This document shows positions 1 to 9,897 of a stretch of DNA of 64,000 nucleotides, one piece after another. Under the pieces are notes generated by a model. The model made no database searches, was not told where the DNA came from, and saw only the letters and a program-made list of their open reading frames with translations. A program made the translations under genes and the position numbers. Source of the DNA: Gaiellales bacterium (GTDB lineage: Bacteria; Actinomycetota; Thermoleophilia; Gaiellales; JAICJC01). How positions within the stretch are numbered: the first letter of the stretch is position 1; each line of letters begins with the position of its first letter. The DNA lies in contig DASWRM010000076.1 in NCBI GenBank assembly GCA_036403155.1, positions 66,909 through 130,908 of the forward strand. Direction: 5' to 3'.

Positions 1-263
1 GCCAGCAGCTCGAAGCCCGACGCTGCAGCGATCGCGTGGCTCTCGGCGTCGTGGAGCGCAGGGACGTCGACCCGGGCCGGCTGCAGGGTCCGGGCGCGCA
101 TGCGGTCGTGCAGCAGCGCGGCCGGGGTGCGTGCCGCGCTTCGCCGCCGCGTGAGGTGCAGGAGCAGCGACCGGCGATCGCTCTCCGGCATGCGCTCCAG
201 CGCGTCGATCGCCTCGCCGGCTCCCCGCCTGCGCAGGCGCCCGATCACCGGGTCGTCGGTCAC
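1..263 (-). CDS. hypothetical protein, 5' fragment (gene continues beyond the left edge)
   Basis: Not in the ORF track because no stop lies in the window. GTG at 263-261 overlaps the antiporter stop TGA (262-260) as GTGA. The reverse frame reads VTDDPVIGRLRRRGAGEAIDALERMPESDRRSLLLH... and stays open to position 1 with GC-rich third positions. Confidence 0.35.
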   Translation of the reverse strand, partial: MTDDPVIGRLRRRGAGEAIDALERMPESDRRSLLLHLTRRRSAARTPAALLHDRMRARTLQPARVDVPALHDAESHAIAAASGFELL

Positions 264-1726
264 GACGCCACGGCCGTTCCCTCGAACAGCTCACGCACGT
301 CCTCGCCCGCCCCCAGCAGCAGCACCTCGTCGCCGGCGCTGAGCACGGTGCTTCCGCGCGGCTGGCGGGCCGCCCCGTCGCGGATCAGCAGGCTGATCCA
401 CGGCTGCCGGCCCAGTGCGAGATCGCGGATGGCGACGCCGTCGGCCGGCGCTCCCGCCGCGACCACGTAGCGGCGCACACCGCGCGGCTCGTCGCGCAGC
501 CGCACCGACACGTGCCACGGCTCCTGGCCGGTCTCAGTCATGGGCACGCCGGCAGCGCGCGCGACGGTGGACACGAGCGAGCCCTGCACGACCACCGAGA
601 ACATCACGACGACGAACACGATGCCGTAGATCCGCTGCGCCTGCTCGGCACCGTCGAGTAGCGCAAAAGCGGCGAGCAGGATCGGCACGGCGCCGCGCAG
701 CCCGGCCCAGGACACGAACACCTTTTCGCCCGCGCGCAGGTCGGCGCGCGAGAGCAACGCCACCACCACGAGCGGGCGGACGAGGAACGTGAGGGCCGCG
801 GCGATCACCAGCCCGTCCAGCCAGACGTTGCGCAGGTCGAGCGACCCGATGTCGATGGTGAGGCCGAGTGCGACGAACACGACGATCTCACCCAGGCTCG
901 CCAACACGGACGTGACGTGCTCGATCTCGTACTTGTACGGGGCGCGGATGTCGCCCACCAGCACGCCGGCCACGAACACCGCCAGGAACCCCGACCCGTG
1001 CAGCGCGCCGGCCAGGCCGTAGACGATGCCGGCGCCGGCGAGCGCCTGGAGCGGGTAGAGCGCCTCGTCGGGCAGCGTCAGGCGACGCATCGCGCGGCCG
1101 AGCAGCAGGCCGCCGGCGACGCCGACGATCAGTCCCACCGTCATCTGGAGCGCAAAGTCCGAGAGGATGGTGGTCAGGCCGGTGCCGCCGCTGTCCGCCG
1201 CGTCCAGCAGCCCGATCACGAGCGCGATGCCGACCGGGTCGTTGACGCCGGACTCGCCCTTCAGGATGTCGTCGCTGCGGCCGGCGACCTCGCGGCCGCT
1301 CAGCACGGAGAACATCACCGCCGGGTCGGTGGGCGCGACGGCGGCGCCGATCAGCAGCGACGGCGTCCACGGGAGGCCCAGCACCACGTGGATGAACACG
1401 GACAGCAGCCCGGCGACGGCGAACGTCCCGGGGACGCCGAGCAGCACCATCGGCCACAGCGAGCGCCGGAACCGCTCGCGGCCGATGTCCATGCCTCCGT
1501 CGAACAGGATCACGATCAGCGCGACGAGGCACGTCCGCTCGACGTCGCGGATCGAGAGCAGGGGAGTGATGGACGGCGTGACATCGGACGACACCGCGGC
1601 CACGGCCAGGAACAGCGCGGGCGCCGGCACGCGCAGCCACCCGCTGAGACGGCTGGAGAGGATGGCCGCCGCGAAGCCGACCGCCACGATCAGCACCGCG
1701 CGCGCGAACTCGGCGGCGTCGGTCAC
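260..1726 (-). CDS. monovalent cation:proton antiporter (CPA1/NhaP-like) with C-terminal RCK_C/TrkA-C domain
   Basis: Multi-TM Na+/K+:H+ exchanger-like sequence (GESGVNDPVGIALV, WAGLRGAVP). The C-terminal soluble segment (VAIRDLALG...STVLSAGDEVLLLG) looks like RCK_C. The start is trimmed to GTG 1726 because the upstream part of the ORF overlaps the DUF503 gene and is not membrane-like. Confidence 0.8.
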   Translation of the reverse strand: MTDAAEFARAVLIVAVGFAAAILSSRLSGWLRVPAPALFLAVAAVSSDVTPSITPLLSIRDVERTCLVALIVILFDGGMDIGRERFRRSLWPMVLLGVPGTFAVAGLLSVFIHVVLGLPWTPSLLIGAAVAPTDPAVMFSVLSGREVAGRSDDILKGESGVNDPVGIALVIGLLDAADSGGTGLTTILSDFALQMTVGLIVGVAGGLLLGRAMRRLTLPDEALYPLQALAGAGIVYGLAGALHGSGFLAVFVAGVLVGDIRAPYKYEIEHVTSVLASLGEIVVFVALGLTIDIGSLDLRNVWLDGLVIAAALTFLVRPLVVVALLSRADLRAGEKVFVSWAGLRGAVPILLAAFALLDGAEQAQRIYGIVFVVVMFSVVVQGSLVSTVARAAGVPMTETGQEPWHVSVRLRDEPRGVRRYVVAAGAPADGVAIRDLALGRQPWISLLIRDGAARQPRGSTVLSAGDEVLLLGAGEDVRELFEGTAVAS

Positions 1727-1783
1727 GCGCCCATCGTAGTGGCGGTCAACCGGAGCGAGCCGGCGCGCTCGTACACTGCCACC

Positions 1784-2092
1784 ATGACCGAGGGATTCGT
1801 CGGCATCCTGCGGTTCGAGCTGCATCTGCCGGAGAACGGCTCCCTCAAGGGCAAGCGGAGGGTGCTGCTCCAGGTGAAGAGCCGCCTCGAGCGCCGCTTC
1901 GGCGCCTCCGTGGCCGAGATCGGGTACCACGACCTGTGGCAGCGCACCCAGCTCGTGATGGTGCTCGCCCGGCGTCAGTCGGGTGACGTCGTGCACGCTC
2001 TCGAGCAGGCGCGCGGCTACCTTTCGTCCCAGGAGTTCGAGCTTGCGCGGTCGGACTGGCAGGTGGTGTCGGTGGAGGAGGCGATCGGATGA
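1784..2092 (+). CDS. DUF503 (YlxP-like) protein
   Basis: A 102-aa protein (GILRFELHLPENGSLKGKRRVL...) sitting directly before rbfA, as DUF503 usually does. ATG 1784; its stop overlaps the rbfA ATG (ATGA at 2089-2092). Confidence 0.7.
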   Translation: MTEGFVGILRFELHLPENGSLKGKRRVLLQVKSRLERRFGASVAEIGYHDLWQRTQLVMVLARRQSGDVVHALEQARGYLSSQEFELARSDWQVVSVEEAIG

Positions 2093-2469
2093 GCGATCGG
2101 ATGCGGAGGGTCAACGAGTCGCTGCGTAAGGTGCTGGCGGACGGCGTCGAGCGTCTCGGCGACCCCTCGATCGGGTTCGTGACGGTGACCGGCGTGCGGT
2201 CGGCCACGGACTTCAGCCAGGCGGTCGTGTACGTCAGCGTGCTGGGCAGCGAGAAGCGGAGGGAGCGCTCGCTGCGCGCGCTGGAGCGGGCCCACGGCGT
2301 GCTGCAGCAGCGCATCGCCCGGGAGCTCCGTCTCAGACGTACCCCTCAGCTGATCTTCCAGTATGATGAGACCGTTGACCGCGCGCTGCGCATGAGCGAG
2401 CTGATCGATCAGGTCGTGCCAGCCTCATTGCCCGAGCAGCGCGGTGACGATCCTCCCCATGACCGATAG
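2089..2469 (+). CDS. rbfA: ribosome-binding factor A
   Basis: RVNESLRKVLA...GFVTVTGVRSATDFSQAVVYVSVLG...TPQLIFQYDET is typical RbfA, and the synteny with truB fits. Confidence 0.9.
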   Translation: MSDRMRRVNESLRKVLADGVERLGDPSIGFVTVTGVRSATDFSQAVVYVSVLGSEKRRERSLRALERAHGVLQQRIARELRLRRTPQLIFQYDETVDRALRMSELIDQVVPASLPEQRGDDPPHDR

Positions 2470-3481
2470 CCAGACGACGACACGCGACCTTGCAGAGGTG
2501 GTGGCAGCCCTTGCCGCAGCCGACCGCGTCCTGATCGCGTCGCACGAGAATCCCGACGGCGACGCCATCGGCTCCATGTCGGCGGCGGCCCAGGCGCTGC
2601 GCGGCGCCGGCAAGCAGGTGCGGCTCTACCTGCACGCCGACTCTCCGCTGCCCCACGAGTACGGGTTCCTCGCGCTCGACGGCCTCGAGCGGCGCATCGA
2701 GCCGGGGTCGACCGAGGGGTGGACGCTGCTCGCGGTCGATTGCGGCAACGAGTCGCGGCTCGGGCCCGACCACGCCGAGATGCGCGCCGGCTTCGCACAG
2801 GTGATCGACGTCGACCACCATCACGACAATTCGCGCTTCGGCGGCGTCAACTACGTCGACGGCCATGCGTCATCGACCGCCGAGATCCTCGCGCGGGTGT
2901 TCGACGGGCTCGGGATCGAGATCACCCCGCAGGTGGCCGAGGCGCTGTACGTCGGGCTGGTGACGGACACCGGCCGCTTCCAGTACCGCACCACCAGCCC
3001 GGACGCGCTCCGGCTCGCCGCGCGCCTGGTCGAGGCGGGGGCGGACGTGCACAAGGTGTTCGAGCTGGTCTTCGAGACGGTGCCGTACGGCAAGAAGCGC
3101 CTGCTCGGCCGCGTGCTCGAGCACATGCAGTGCTACGAGGGCGGCCGGCTGCTGGTCAGCTACGTCGACCGGGACGACCTCGCGCTGGTGGCGGGCGACG
3201 AGGCCACGACCGAGGGGCTGATCGACGACCTGCGCGAGGTCGACGGCGTTCAGGTCGCGGCGCTAATCCGCGAGCAGGTGCCGCTCGACGACGGGACGAT
3301 CACGCCGAACCGGGTGTCGCTGCGCTCGCGCGGCTCGATCGACGTCTCGCAGATCGCCCGCAAGTCGAACGGCGGCGGCCACAAGCAGGCCGCCGGTTTC
3401 TCGCACCCCGGCAGCATCGAGCAGATCCGCCAGTTCATCGTCGACGAGGTGGCCAGCCAGCTCGCCGAGTCGGCGGCCTGA
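2444..3481 (+). CDS. nrnA: DHH/DHHA1 phosphoesterase (NrnA/CnpB-like oligoribonuclease / pAp phosphatase)
   Basis: Motifs NPDGDAIGS, DVDHHHDN and GGGHKQAAGF are present. It lies between rbfA and truB, as in other actinobacteria. The start is ambiguous (GTG 2444 or ATG 2459); both overlap the rbfA 3' end. Confidence 0.8.
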   Translation: MTILPMTDSQTTTRDLAEVVAALAAADRVLIASHENPDGDAIGSMSAAAQALRGAGKQVRLYLHADSPLPHEYGFLALDGLERRIEPGSTEGWTLLAVDCGNESRLGPDHAEMRAGFAQVIDVDHHHDNSRFGGVNYVDGHASSTAEILARVFDGLGIEITPQVAEALYVGLVTDTGRFQYRTTSPDALRLAARLVEAGADVHKVFELVFETVPYGKKRLLGRVLEHMQCYEGGRLLVSYVDRDDLALVAGDEATTEGLIDDLREVDGVQVAALIREQVPLDDGTITPNRVSLRSRGSIDVSQIARKSNGGGHKQAAGFSHPGSIEQIRQFIVDEVASQLAESAA

Positions 3482-3502
3482 CCGGTCCGTAGACTGCGCG
3501 GC

Positions 3503-4351
3503 GTGACCGGACTGCTGCTCGTCGACAAGCCCGCAGGCCCAACCTCGTTCGACGTGATCCGGCGGCTGCGCCCCGCGCTCGGCCAGAAGCTCGGGCATGC
3601 CGGCACGCTCGACCCCTTCGCGACCGGGCTGCTGCTCGTCCTCGCGGGAAGGGCGACGCGGCTCGCGACGTTCCTCTCGGGGCTCGACAAGAGCTACAGG
3701 GCAGTCGTGCAGTTCGGCGCGGTCTCATCGACCCTCGACCCCGAGGGCGAGATCGAGCCGACCGGCGCCGCCGCCGACGCCGAGTCCGTGCGCGTCGCGG
3801 CCCGCGGCATGACCGGAACGGTGCTCCAGCAGGTGCCGCTCGCCTCGGCCGTGCGGGTCGGCGGCGAGCGCTCGTACGCCCGGATGCGCCGCGGCGAGAC
3901 GGCACCGCCGCCGCCCCGCGAGGTGCGCATCGACGCGATCGACGTCGAGGGCTTCGACCCGGCGGCCCAGCGGGCGGTCATCACGGTGCGGTGCTCGAAG
4001 GGGACGTATGTGCGGCAGGTCGCCGCCGACCTGGGGGCCGCCACGGGAGCGGGCGCGTACTGCTGCGAGCTCCGGCGGCTCGGCGTGGGCCCGTTCGGCG
4101 TGGACGAGGCGGGCTCTCCCGAGCAGATCGCGGCCTCGCCCGGCGGGCCGTGGTTCCGGAGCCTGCGGGACGCACTGCCCCACGTGCCGGAGCGCATGCT
4201 CAGCGCCGCCGAGCGCGAGGACGTGCGGCACGGCAGGGCGGTGGAGGGGGACGCCACCGGCACCGTGCGGCTCGTCTACGAAGGCGAGCTTGTTGCGGTC
4301 GCGCGCGGAGCGGACGGCGGCCTGCGGCCGGTGGCGGTGCTCGCCCCGTGA
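3503..4351 (+). CDS. truB: tRNA pseudouridine(55) synthase
   Basis: GLLLVDKPAGPTSFDV...GHAGTLDPFATGLLLV carries the catalytic Asp motif. GTG start. Confidence 0.9.
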   Translation: MTGLLLVDKPAGPTSFDVIRRLRPALGQKLGHAGTLDPFATGLLLVLAGRATRLATFLSGLDKSYRAVVQFGAVSSTLDPEGEIEPTGAAADAESVRVAARGMTGTVLQQVPLASAVRVGGERSYARMRRGETAPPPPREVRIDAIDVEGFDPAAQRAVITVRCSKGTYVRQVAADLGAATGAGAYCCELRRLGVGPFGVDEAGSPEQIAASPGGPWFRSLRDALPHVPERMLSAAEREDVRHGRAVEGDATGTVRLVYEGELVAVARGADGGLRPVAVLAP

Positions 4352-5277
4352 TCCGCACGACGCTCGAGGCCGTGGAGCCGGCGGCACGGGTCGTGGCGCT
4401 CGGCAGCTTCGACGGCGTCCACCTCGGCCACCAGCGGGTGATCGGGCGGGCAGTCGAGGCCGCCGCCGATCGGGGCGCGCGCTCTGCCGTAGTGACGTTC
4501 GAGCCGCATCCGATGCAGGTGCTGCGGCCGGAGCTGGCGCCGCGCGAGCTGTCCACGCCCGAGCGCCGCGCCGCGCTGATCGAGCAGCTGAGCCCGGACG
4601 AGCTCGTGGTGATCCGCTTCACGCGGGACTTCTCGATGATCGAGCACGAGCGGTTCGTCGAGGAGGTGCTGCGCGACCGGCTCGGCGCCGAGCTCGTGAT
4701 CGTCGGACGGAATTTCCGCTACGGTCACCGGGCGCAGGGCAGCATCGAGACGCTGGCAGACGCGGGCGGCCGGCTGGGCTTCGAAACGGAACCCGCGCCG
4801 CTGGTCGAGCTGGACGGGGCTCCCGTGTCGTCGTCGCGCATCCGCGACCTGCTCTCGGCCGGCGAGGTCGCGCATGCCGAGCGGCTGCTGGGCAGGCACC
4901 CGTGGCTGGACGGCGTGATCGTGCGCGGCGACGGTCGCGGCCGCGAGCTCGGCTTCGCCACGGCGAACCTCGAGTCCGCGCCGCACACGGCATTCCCGGC
5001 GACGGGCATCTACGCGGGTCGGGCGCATCTTGCGGACGGCAGCCGTCCGGCCGCGATCAGCGTGGGGTACAACCCGACGTTCACCGACGACCGCGCGCAC
5101 CTGCGCGTCGAGGCGCATCTGCTCGACTTCGACCGGGACATCTACGGCGAGCCGATGCACCTGGAGTTCGTTCGCCGGCTGCGGGGCGAGGAGCGGTTCG
5201 GCTCGGTGGACGAGCTGGTGGCCCAGGTGCACCGCGACATCGCGGCGGTGCGCGGAGATCCGCTCGTCTGGCGATAG
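4348..5277 (+). CDS. ribF: bifunctional riboflavin kinase / FMN adenylyltransferase
   Basis: ALGSFDGVHLGHQ...VVTFEPHP... is followed by the riboflavin kinase half (GFATANL...GIYAG...SVGYNPTF). GTG 4348 overlaps the truB stop (GTGA). The upstream part of ORF 3991..5277 is a shadow. Confidence 0.9.
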   Translation: MIRTTLEAVEPAARVVALGSFDGVHLGHQRVIGRAVEAAADRGARSAVVTFEPHPMQVLRPELAPRELSTPERRAALIEQLSPDELVVIRFTRDFSMIEHERFVEEVLRDRLGAELVIVGRNFRYGHRAQGSIETLADAGGRLGFETEPAPLVELDGAPVSSSRIRDLLSAGEVAHAERLLGRHPWLDGVIVRGDGRGRELGFATANLESAPHTAFPATGIYAGRAHLADGSRPAAISVGYNPTFTDDRAHLRVEAHLLDFDRDIYGEPMHLEFVRRLRGEERFGSVDELVAQVHRDIAAVRGDPLVWR

Positions 5278-5296
5278 CGGCCCCGTTCGGGGGACC

Positions 5297-5980
5297 TCAG
5301 GGGACCCGCCGCACCGCCAGCTCCGTCTCGCCGCCCGCCTCCACCCGAAAGGCGCGCCCGGCGGCGGACTCGCCGATCGCCTCGACCAGCTCCGTGCCCT
5401 CGAAGTGCAGGCCGACACCGTCGTCCGCCGCCCAGCCCGCAGGGAGCGCGCCGTCGGCCACCCACCTCGTGTACGTGGGCCGGCGCAGCGGCTCGCCGTC
5501 GTAGTGCGGACAGAAGCTGCCCGGCAGGAGCCCCAGGCCGTCATGGAGCGGTGCGAGGCCGGCACCGAACGAGTCGGTGGAGCAGGCCTCGAACCAGCAG
5601 TTCGCCCCGGCGGACAGCCCGCAGAGCACGACGCCCGCCTCCCAGGCACGCCGGAGCGCCCGGTCGACGTCGTGCACCCGCCACACGGCGAGCATGTTCG
5701 CGGTGTTCCCGCCCGACACGTAGACGACGTCCTGCCCCGCGAGGAACCCGTCGACGTCCTCGACCTCACGCCAGAACAGGCTCAGGACGGACGTCTCGGC
5801 GCGGCCGGCGAACGCCGCGTGGAACAGCTCGATCTTCTCGGCCGAGTCGCCGCCCGCCGTCGGCACGAAGCAGACGCGGGGCCGCGGCTTCCCGGCCAGC
5901 GCCAGGATGGCATCGTCGAGGGCGCGACCGTCCATCATGAACCCGCCGCCGCCCATCGCGACGATGTGCCTTCCGGTCAC
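5297..5980 (-). CDS. peptidase S51 / dipeptidase E-like protein
   Basis: [10 protein letters not shown]...[12 protein letters not shown]...GLSAGANCW has the layout of the S51 Ser-nucleophile elbow. GTG 5980 overlaps the upstream gene's stop (GTGA 5980-5977). Confidence 0.6.
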   Translation of the reverse strand: MTGRHIVAMGGGGFMMDGRALDDAILALAGKPRPRVCFVPTAGGDSAEKIELFHAAFAGRAETSVLSLFWREVEDVDGFLAGQDVVYVSGGNTANMLAVWRVHDVDRALRRAWEAGVVLCGLSAGANCWFEACSTDSFGAGLAPLHDGLGLLPGSFCPHYDGEPLRRPTYTRWVADGALPAGWAADDGVGLHFEGTELVEAIGESAAGRAFRVEAGGETELAVRRVP

Positions 5981-6915
5981 ACGGCGACCGGCGTGACGCC
6001 CAGGCTCTCCAGCGTGCGGCGCAAACCCTCGTCCAGCGAGATGCGCGGCTCCCACCCGAGGATCTCACGCGCACGGGTGATGTCCGGCTGGCGCACCTTC
6101 GGATCGTCCACCGGCAGCCCCTCGAACACGATCGCGGACGTCGTGCCGGTGATGCGCTGCACGCGCTCGGCGAGCTCGAGCAGCGTCATCTCGTCGGGAT
6201 TGCCGATGTTCACGGGCATGTGGTAATCGCTCATCGCAAGCCGGAAGATGCCCTCGATAAGGTCTTCGACGTAGCAGAACGAGCGGGTCTGGCTGCCGTC
6301 GCCGAACACCGTCATGGGCTTGCCCTCGAGCGCCTGCCGGATGAACGTGGGGATCGCCCGGCCATCGTGCTGGCGCATCCGCGGGCCGTAGGTGTTGAAG
6401 ATGCGGACGATGTGCGTGTCGACACCCTGCTGGCGGTGGTACGCCATGGTCATCGCCTCGGAGTACCGCTTGGCCTCGTCGTAGACGCCGCGCGGCCCGA
6501 CCGGGTTGACGTTGCCCCAGTACTCCTCCTGCTGCGGATGCACCTCCGGGTCGCCGTAGACCTCGGACGTGGACGCGAGCAGGAACCGGGCGCGCTTGAA
6601 CTTCGCGAGGCCGAGCGCGTTGTGCGTCCCGTAGGAGCCCACCTTCAGCGTGTGCAGGGGGAGCCGCAGGTAGTCGACGGGGCTGGCCGGGCTGGCCAGG
6701 TGGAAGACCGCGTCGACGGGCCCGTCCACGTCGATGTAGTCGATGCAGTTGTGATACCGGAACTCGAACGTGTCGGCGCGCAGGTGCTTGACGTTCTCGA
6801 GCGAACCGGTGTCCAGGTTGTCGAGGCAGATCACCTGCCAGCCGCGCTCGAGCAGGTACTCGCAGAGATGGGAACCGAGGAAACCGGCGCCCCCGGTGAC
6901 GACTGCTGTGCTCAC
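5977..6915 (-). CDS. UDP-glucuronate decarboxylase-like NAD-dependent epimerase/dehydratase (SDR)
   Basis: [13 protein letters not shown] Rossmann motif, STSEVYG, and YDEAKR (the YxxxK catalytic motif). GTG 6915 is preceded by a GGAGGA RBS. Confidence 0.8.
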   Translation of the reverse strand: MSTAVVTGGAGFLGSHLCEYLLERGWQVICLDNLDTGSLENVKHLRADTFEFRYHNCIDYIDVDGPVDAVFHLASPASPVDYLRLPLHTLKVGSYGTHNALGLAKFKRARFLLASTSEVYGDPEVHPQQEEYWGNVNPVGPRGVYDEAKRYSEAMTMAYHRQQGVDTHIVRIFNTYGPRMRQHDGRAIPTFIRQALEGKPMTVFGDGSQTRSFCYVEDLIEGIFRLAMSDYHMPVNIGNPDEMTLLELAERVQRITGTTSAIVFEGLPVDDPKVRQPDITRAREILGWEPRISLDEGLRRTLESLGVTPVAV

Positions 6916-7079
6916 GCCTCGCTCCTCCTGGTTGCCTGTTGCAAGGGTACAGCGGACGGCCGGGACCGGAAGCAGCCCTGTGCTACCGTGCTGGGCGACC
7001 GCACCGCGGATCGGCGTTGCTTGCCGCCGCCGATCTGGGATGCCGGCGTCGCGACACACGAGGCAAGGAGGTGGTAGGC

Positions 7080-7349
7080 GTGCCGCTTACCCAGGACCAG
7101 AAGCAGGAGATCGTTGGGAAACACGGCCGGGATGCGAAGGACACCGGCTCGACGCGAGTGCAGGTCGCACTCCTGACCCAGCGGATCGCCGAGCTGACGG
7201 AGCACATGAAGGTGCACCAGCACGACCACCACTCGCGCCGCGGCCTGCTGAAGCTGGTCGGCCGCCGGCGCCGGCTTCTGACCTACATGCAGAAGCAGGA
7301 CCTGGAGGGCTACCGCGCCCTCATCAAGGAGCTCGGCCTGCGCCGTTAG
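7080..7349 (+). CDS. rpsO: 30S ribosomal protein S15
   Basis: [45 protein letters not shown] is classic S15. GTG 7080 follows AAGGAGG (7065-7071). Confidence 0.9.
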   Translation: MPLTQDQKQEIVGKHGRDAKDTGSTRVQVALLTQRIAELTEHMKVHQHDHHSRRGLLKLVGRRRRLLTYMQKQDLEGYRALIKELGLRR

Positions 7350-7373
7350 CGCGACCGAAGCTCGACGGAGGAT

Positions 7374-7395
7374 GGGCCGGCGATTCGGCCGGCCC
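7374..7395 (+). terminator. rpsO-pnp intergenic hairpin (terminator/attenuator or processing site)
   Basis: Perfect 8-bp stem gggccggc / gccggccc with a 6-nt loop. It lies 25 nt after the rpsO stop and 22 nt before the pnp ATG. Confidence 0.4.
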
Positions 7396-7416
7396 GCGGA
7401 AGGGACAGACGAGAAC

Positions 7417-9897
7417 ATGAGCATTGCAGTGGAGCCAGAGGCAACACGGCTCTCAGTCGCCGTGGGCGGCCGGGAGATGACGTTCGAGACGGGCGTCGTG
7501 GCAAAGCAGGCGCATGGCGCCGTGCTGGTGCGGCAGGAGGGGACGGTCGTGCTCGCGACCGCCGTCGGCCGCACCGAGGGACGTCCGGGAGCGGATTTCT
7601 TCCCGCTCACCGTGGACGTCGAGGAAAAGATGTACGCCGCCGGCAAGATACCGGGCGGCTTCTTCAAGCGTGAGGGCCGTGCGGGGGAGAAGGCGATCCT
7701 GACCGCCCGCATGGTCGACCGGCCGATCCGGCCGCTCTGGCCCAAGGGATACAAGAACGAGGTGCAGGTCGTCGTCACGACGTTCTCCGCCGACCAGGTG
7801 CACGGGCACGACCTGCTCGCCATGAACGGCGCGTCGGCCGCACTGATGCTCTCGCCGCTGCCGTTCCTGGGCCCGGTGGGCACGGTGCGCGTCGGCCGGC
7901 TGGACGGGCAGCTGATGCTGAACCCGACGCTCCCGGAGCTCAAGGACTCGACGCTCGACCTCGTCGTCTGTGGGACGCCCGAGGCGATCACGATGGTCGA
8001 GGCCGGCGCCGAGGAGATCGACGAGGACACGCTGGTCACCGCGCTCGAGATGGCGCACGACGCGATCAAGGAGATCTGCCGCGTGCAGATCGAGCTGGCG
8101 GCGAAGGCCGGGCAGCCGAAGTGGTCGGACGGCGCGGTCACGGAGCGCCTCCGCTCGTCGCGTCTGGGCGAGCTGGCCCAGGCGATCCAGGAGGGCGGCC
8201 TGGCCGCGCTCCAGCCGAAGGCCGACGCGATCTTCCGCGAGGAGGCCCCCGAGATCTCGGGCGGCTCCACGGAGAGCGACATCGTCCAGCGGGTGCGGCT
8301 CCAGTTCGCCATCGACGAGCTGGTGGTCGAGGCGCGGGAGAACGCGGTCTACCCGAAGGTGAAGGAGCAGTTCGGCGACGCGGTGCGCGCGCTGTCCGAC
8401 GCCGAGCAGGACTCGAAGGAGCTGAAGTCGGCGAAGCGGGCGGCGCTGCTCGAGGAGATCGAGCACAGCATCGACCTCGGCTTCCCGAGCCGCGGCGAGC
8501 CGGACAACCAGGGCGTTTCGCATCTGGACGGGCTGGCGCGGGCAGCGGTCGGTTCAGCGACCGACCGGCTCTACAAGGAGATCGTCCGCACCAAGATCGC
8601 CGTCGACAAGCGACGGCCCGACGGTCGCTCAGAGACCGAGATCCGGTCGATCTGGTGCGACGTCTCGGTGATGCCCCGGACGCACGGCTCGGCGCTGTTC
8701 ACCCGTGGACAGACACAGGCGCTGACGCTCTGCACGCTCGGGACGGGCAAGGAGGAGCAGCGCATCGACGACCTCTCGCTGGACGAGACGAAGCGCTACA
8801 TCCACCACTACAACTTCCCGCCCTTCTCGGTCGGCGAGACCGGGTTCATGCGCGGCCCGAAGCGCCGCGACATCGGCCACGGAGCGCTCGCCGAGCGGGC
8901 GCTCGTGCCGGTCATCCCGAGCTCGGACGATTTCCCCTACACGCTTCGCGTGGTCTCGGAGATCCTCGAGTCCAACGGTTCGTCGTCGATGGCATCGGTC
9001 TGCGGGTCGACGCTGTCGCTGATGGACGCCGGCGTGCCGATCAAGGCGCCGGTGGCGGGCATCGCGATGGGCCTGATCAAGGAGGGTGACAGCCACGTCA
9101 TCCTGACCGACATTCAGGGAGCCGAGGATCACCTCGGCGACATGGACTTCAAGGTCGCCGGCACCGAGGCGGGCGTCACGGCGCTCCAGATGGACATCAA
9201 GATCACCGGCGTCACCATGGAGATCCTGCGCACCGCGCTCGCGCAGGCGCGGGACGCACGGCTGTCCATCCTCGAGGCGATGCGCGACGCGATCGCCGCG
9301 CCGCGCGACGAGGTTGCCGCACACGCGCCGCGGATCATCTCGACCAAGATCCATCCGGACTACATCGGCATGGTGATCGGCAAGGGCGGCGAGACGATCC
9401 GCTCGCTCGAGTCCGAGTACGAGGTGCAGATCGACATCGAAGAGGATGGCACGATCCGCATCTACGGCACCAACGGCGAGCTCGCCGAGACGGCGCGGCG
9501 CGAGATCGACGCGATGACCAAGGACATCGAGGTCGGGGACGAGTACGACGACGCAGAGGTGGTCAAGCTGGCCGACTTCGGCGCGTTCGTCTCGCTCCGC
9601 AAGGGCGTCGACGGGCTGCTCCACGTCAGCCGGATCCTGCCCAAGGGCCACAGGCTGTCGTCGGCCGAGCAGGTGCTCGCGCGCGGCGACAAGGTGAAGG
9701 TGACGGTGGTCGAGGTCGACAAGGACCGCGGCCGCATCGGCCTCACGCTGGTGGCGAAGAAGACCGACGAGGGCGCGGACATCACGCCCGAGGACCTCGT
9801 CGCGGTGGCCGAGGCGAACCCGGCGCCCGAGCGGTCGGAGGGCGACCGCCCGCGCAGGGATCGCGGCGACCGCGGCCGCGACCGCGGGCGGCGCTAG
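7417..9897 (+). CDS. pnp: polyribonucleotide nucleotidyltransferase (PNPase) with Arg-rich C-terminal tail
   Basis: Two RNase PH cores (FFKREGR..., [22 protein letters not shown]), a KH domain ([10 protein letters not shown]) and an S1 domain (FGAFVSL). Start taken as ATG 7417 (MSIAVEPE). Confidence 0.95.
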   Translation: MSIAVEPEATRLSVAVGGREMTFETGVVAKQAHGAVLVRQEGTVVLATAVGRTEGRPGADFFPLTVDVEEKMYAAGKIPGGFFKREGRAGEKAILTARMVDRPIRPLWPKGYKNEVQVVVTTFSADQVHGHDLLAMNGASAALMLSPLPFLGPVGTVRVGRLDGQLMLNPTLPELKDSTLDLVVCGTPEAITMVEAGAEEIDEDTLVTALEMAHDAIKEICRVQIELAAKAGQPKWSDGAVTERLRSSRLGELAQAIQEGGLAALQPKADAIFREEAPEISGGSTESDIVQRVRLQFAIDELVVEARENAVYPKVKEQFGDAVRALSDAEQDSKELKSAKRAALLEEIEHSIDLGFPSRGEPDNQGVSHLDGLARAAVGSATDRLYKEIVRTKIAVDKRRPDGRSETEIRSIWCDVSVMPRTHGSALFTRGQTQALTLCTLGTGKEEQRIDDLSLDETKRYIHHYNFPPFSVGETGFMRGPKRRDIGHGALAERALVPVIPSSDDFPYTLRVVSEILESNGSSSMASVCGSTLSLMDAGVPIKAPVAGIAMGLIKEGDSHVILTDIQGAEDHLGDMDFKVAGTEAGVTALQMDIKITGVTMEILRTALAQARDARLSILEAMRDAIAAPRDEVAAHAPRIISTKIHPDYIGMVIGKGGETIRSLESEYEVQIDIEEDGTIRIYGTNGELAETARREIDAMTKDIEVGDEYDDAEVVKLADFGAFVSLRKGVDGLLHVSRILPKGHRLSSAEQVLARGDKVKVTVVEVDKDRGRIGLTLVAKKTDEGADITPEDLVAVAEANPAPERSEGDRPRRDRGDRGRDRGRR

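Noticed and set aside
3991-5769. ORFs 4008..5504 plus (498 aa), 4276..5769 minus (497 aa) and the 5' part of ORF 3991..5277
   Set aside because: These are shadow frames over truB, ribF and the S51 peptidase gene, with no motifs and extreme Arg/Pro/Gly content. ribF homology begins at GTG 4348.
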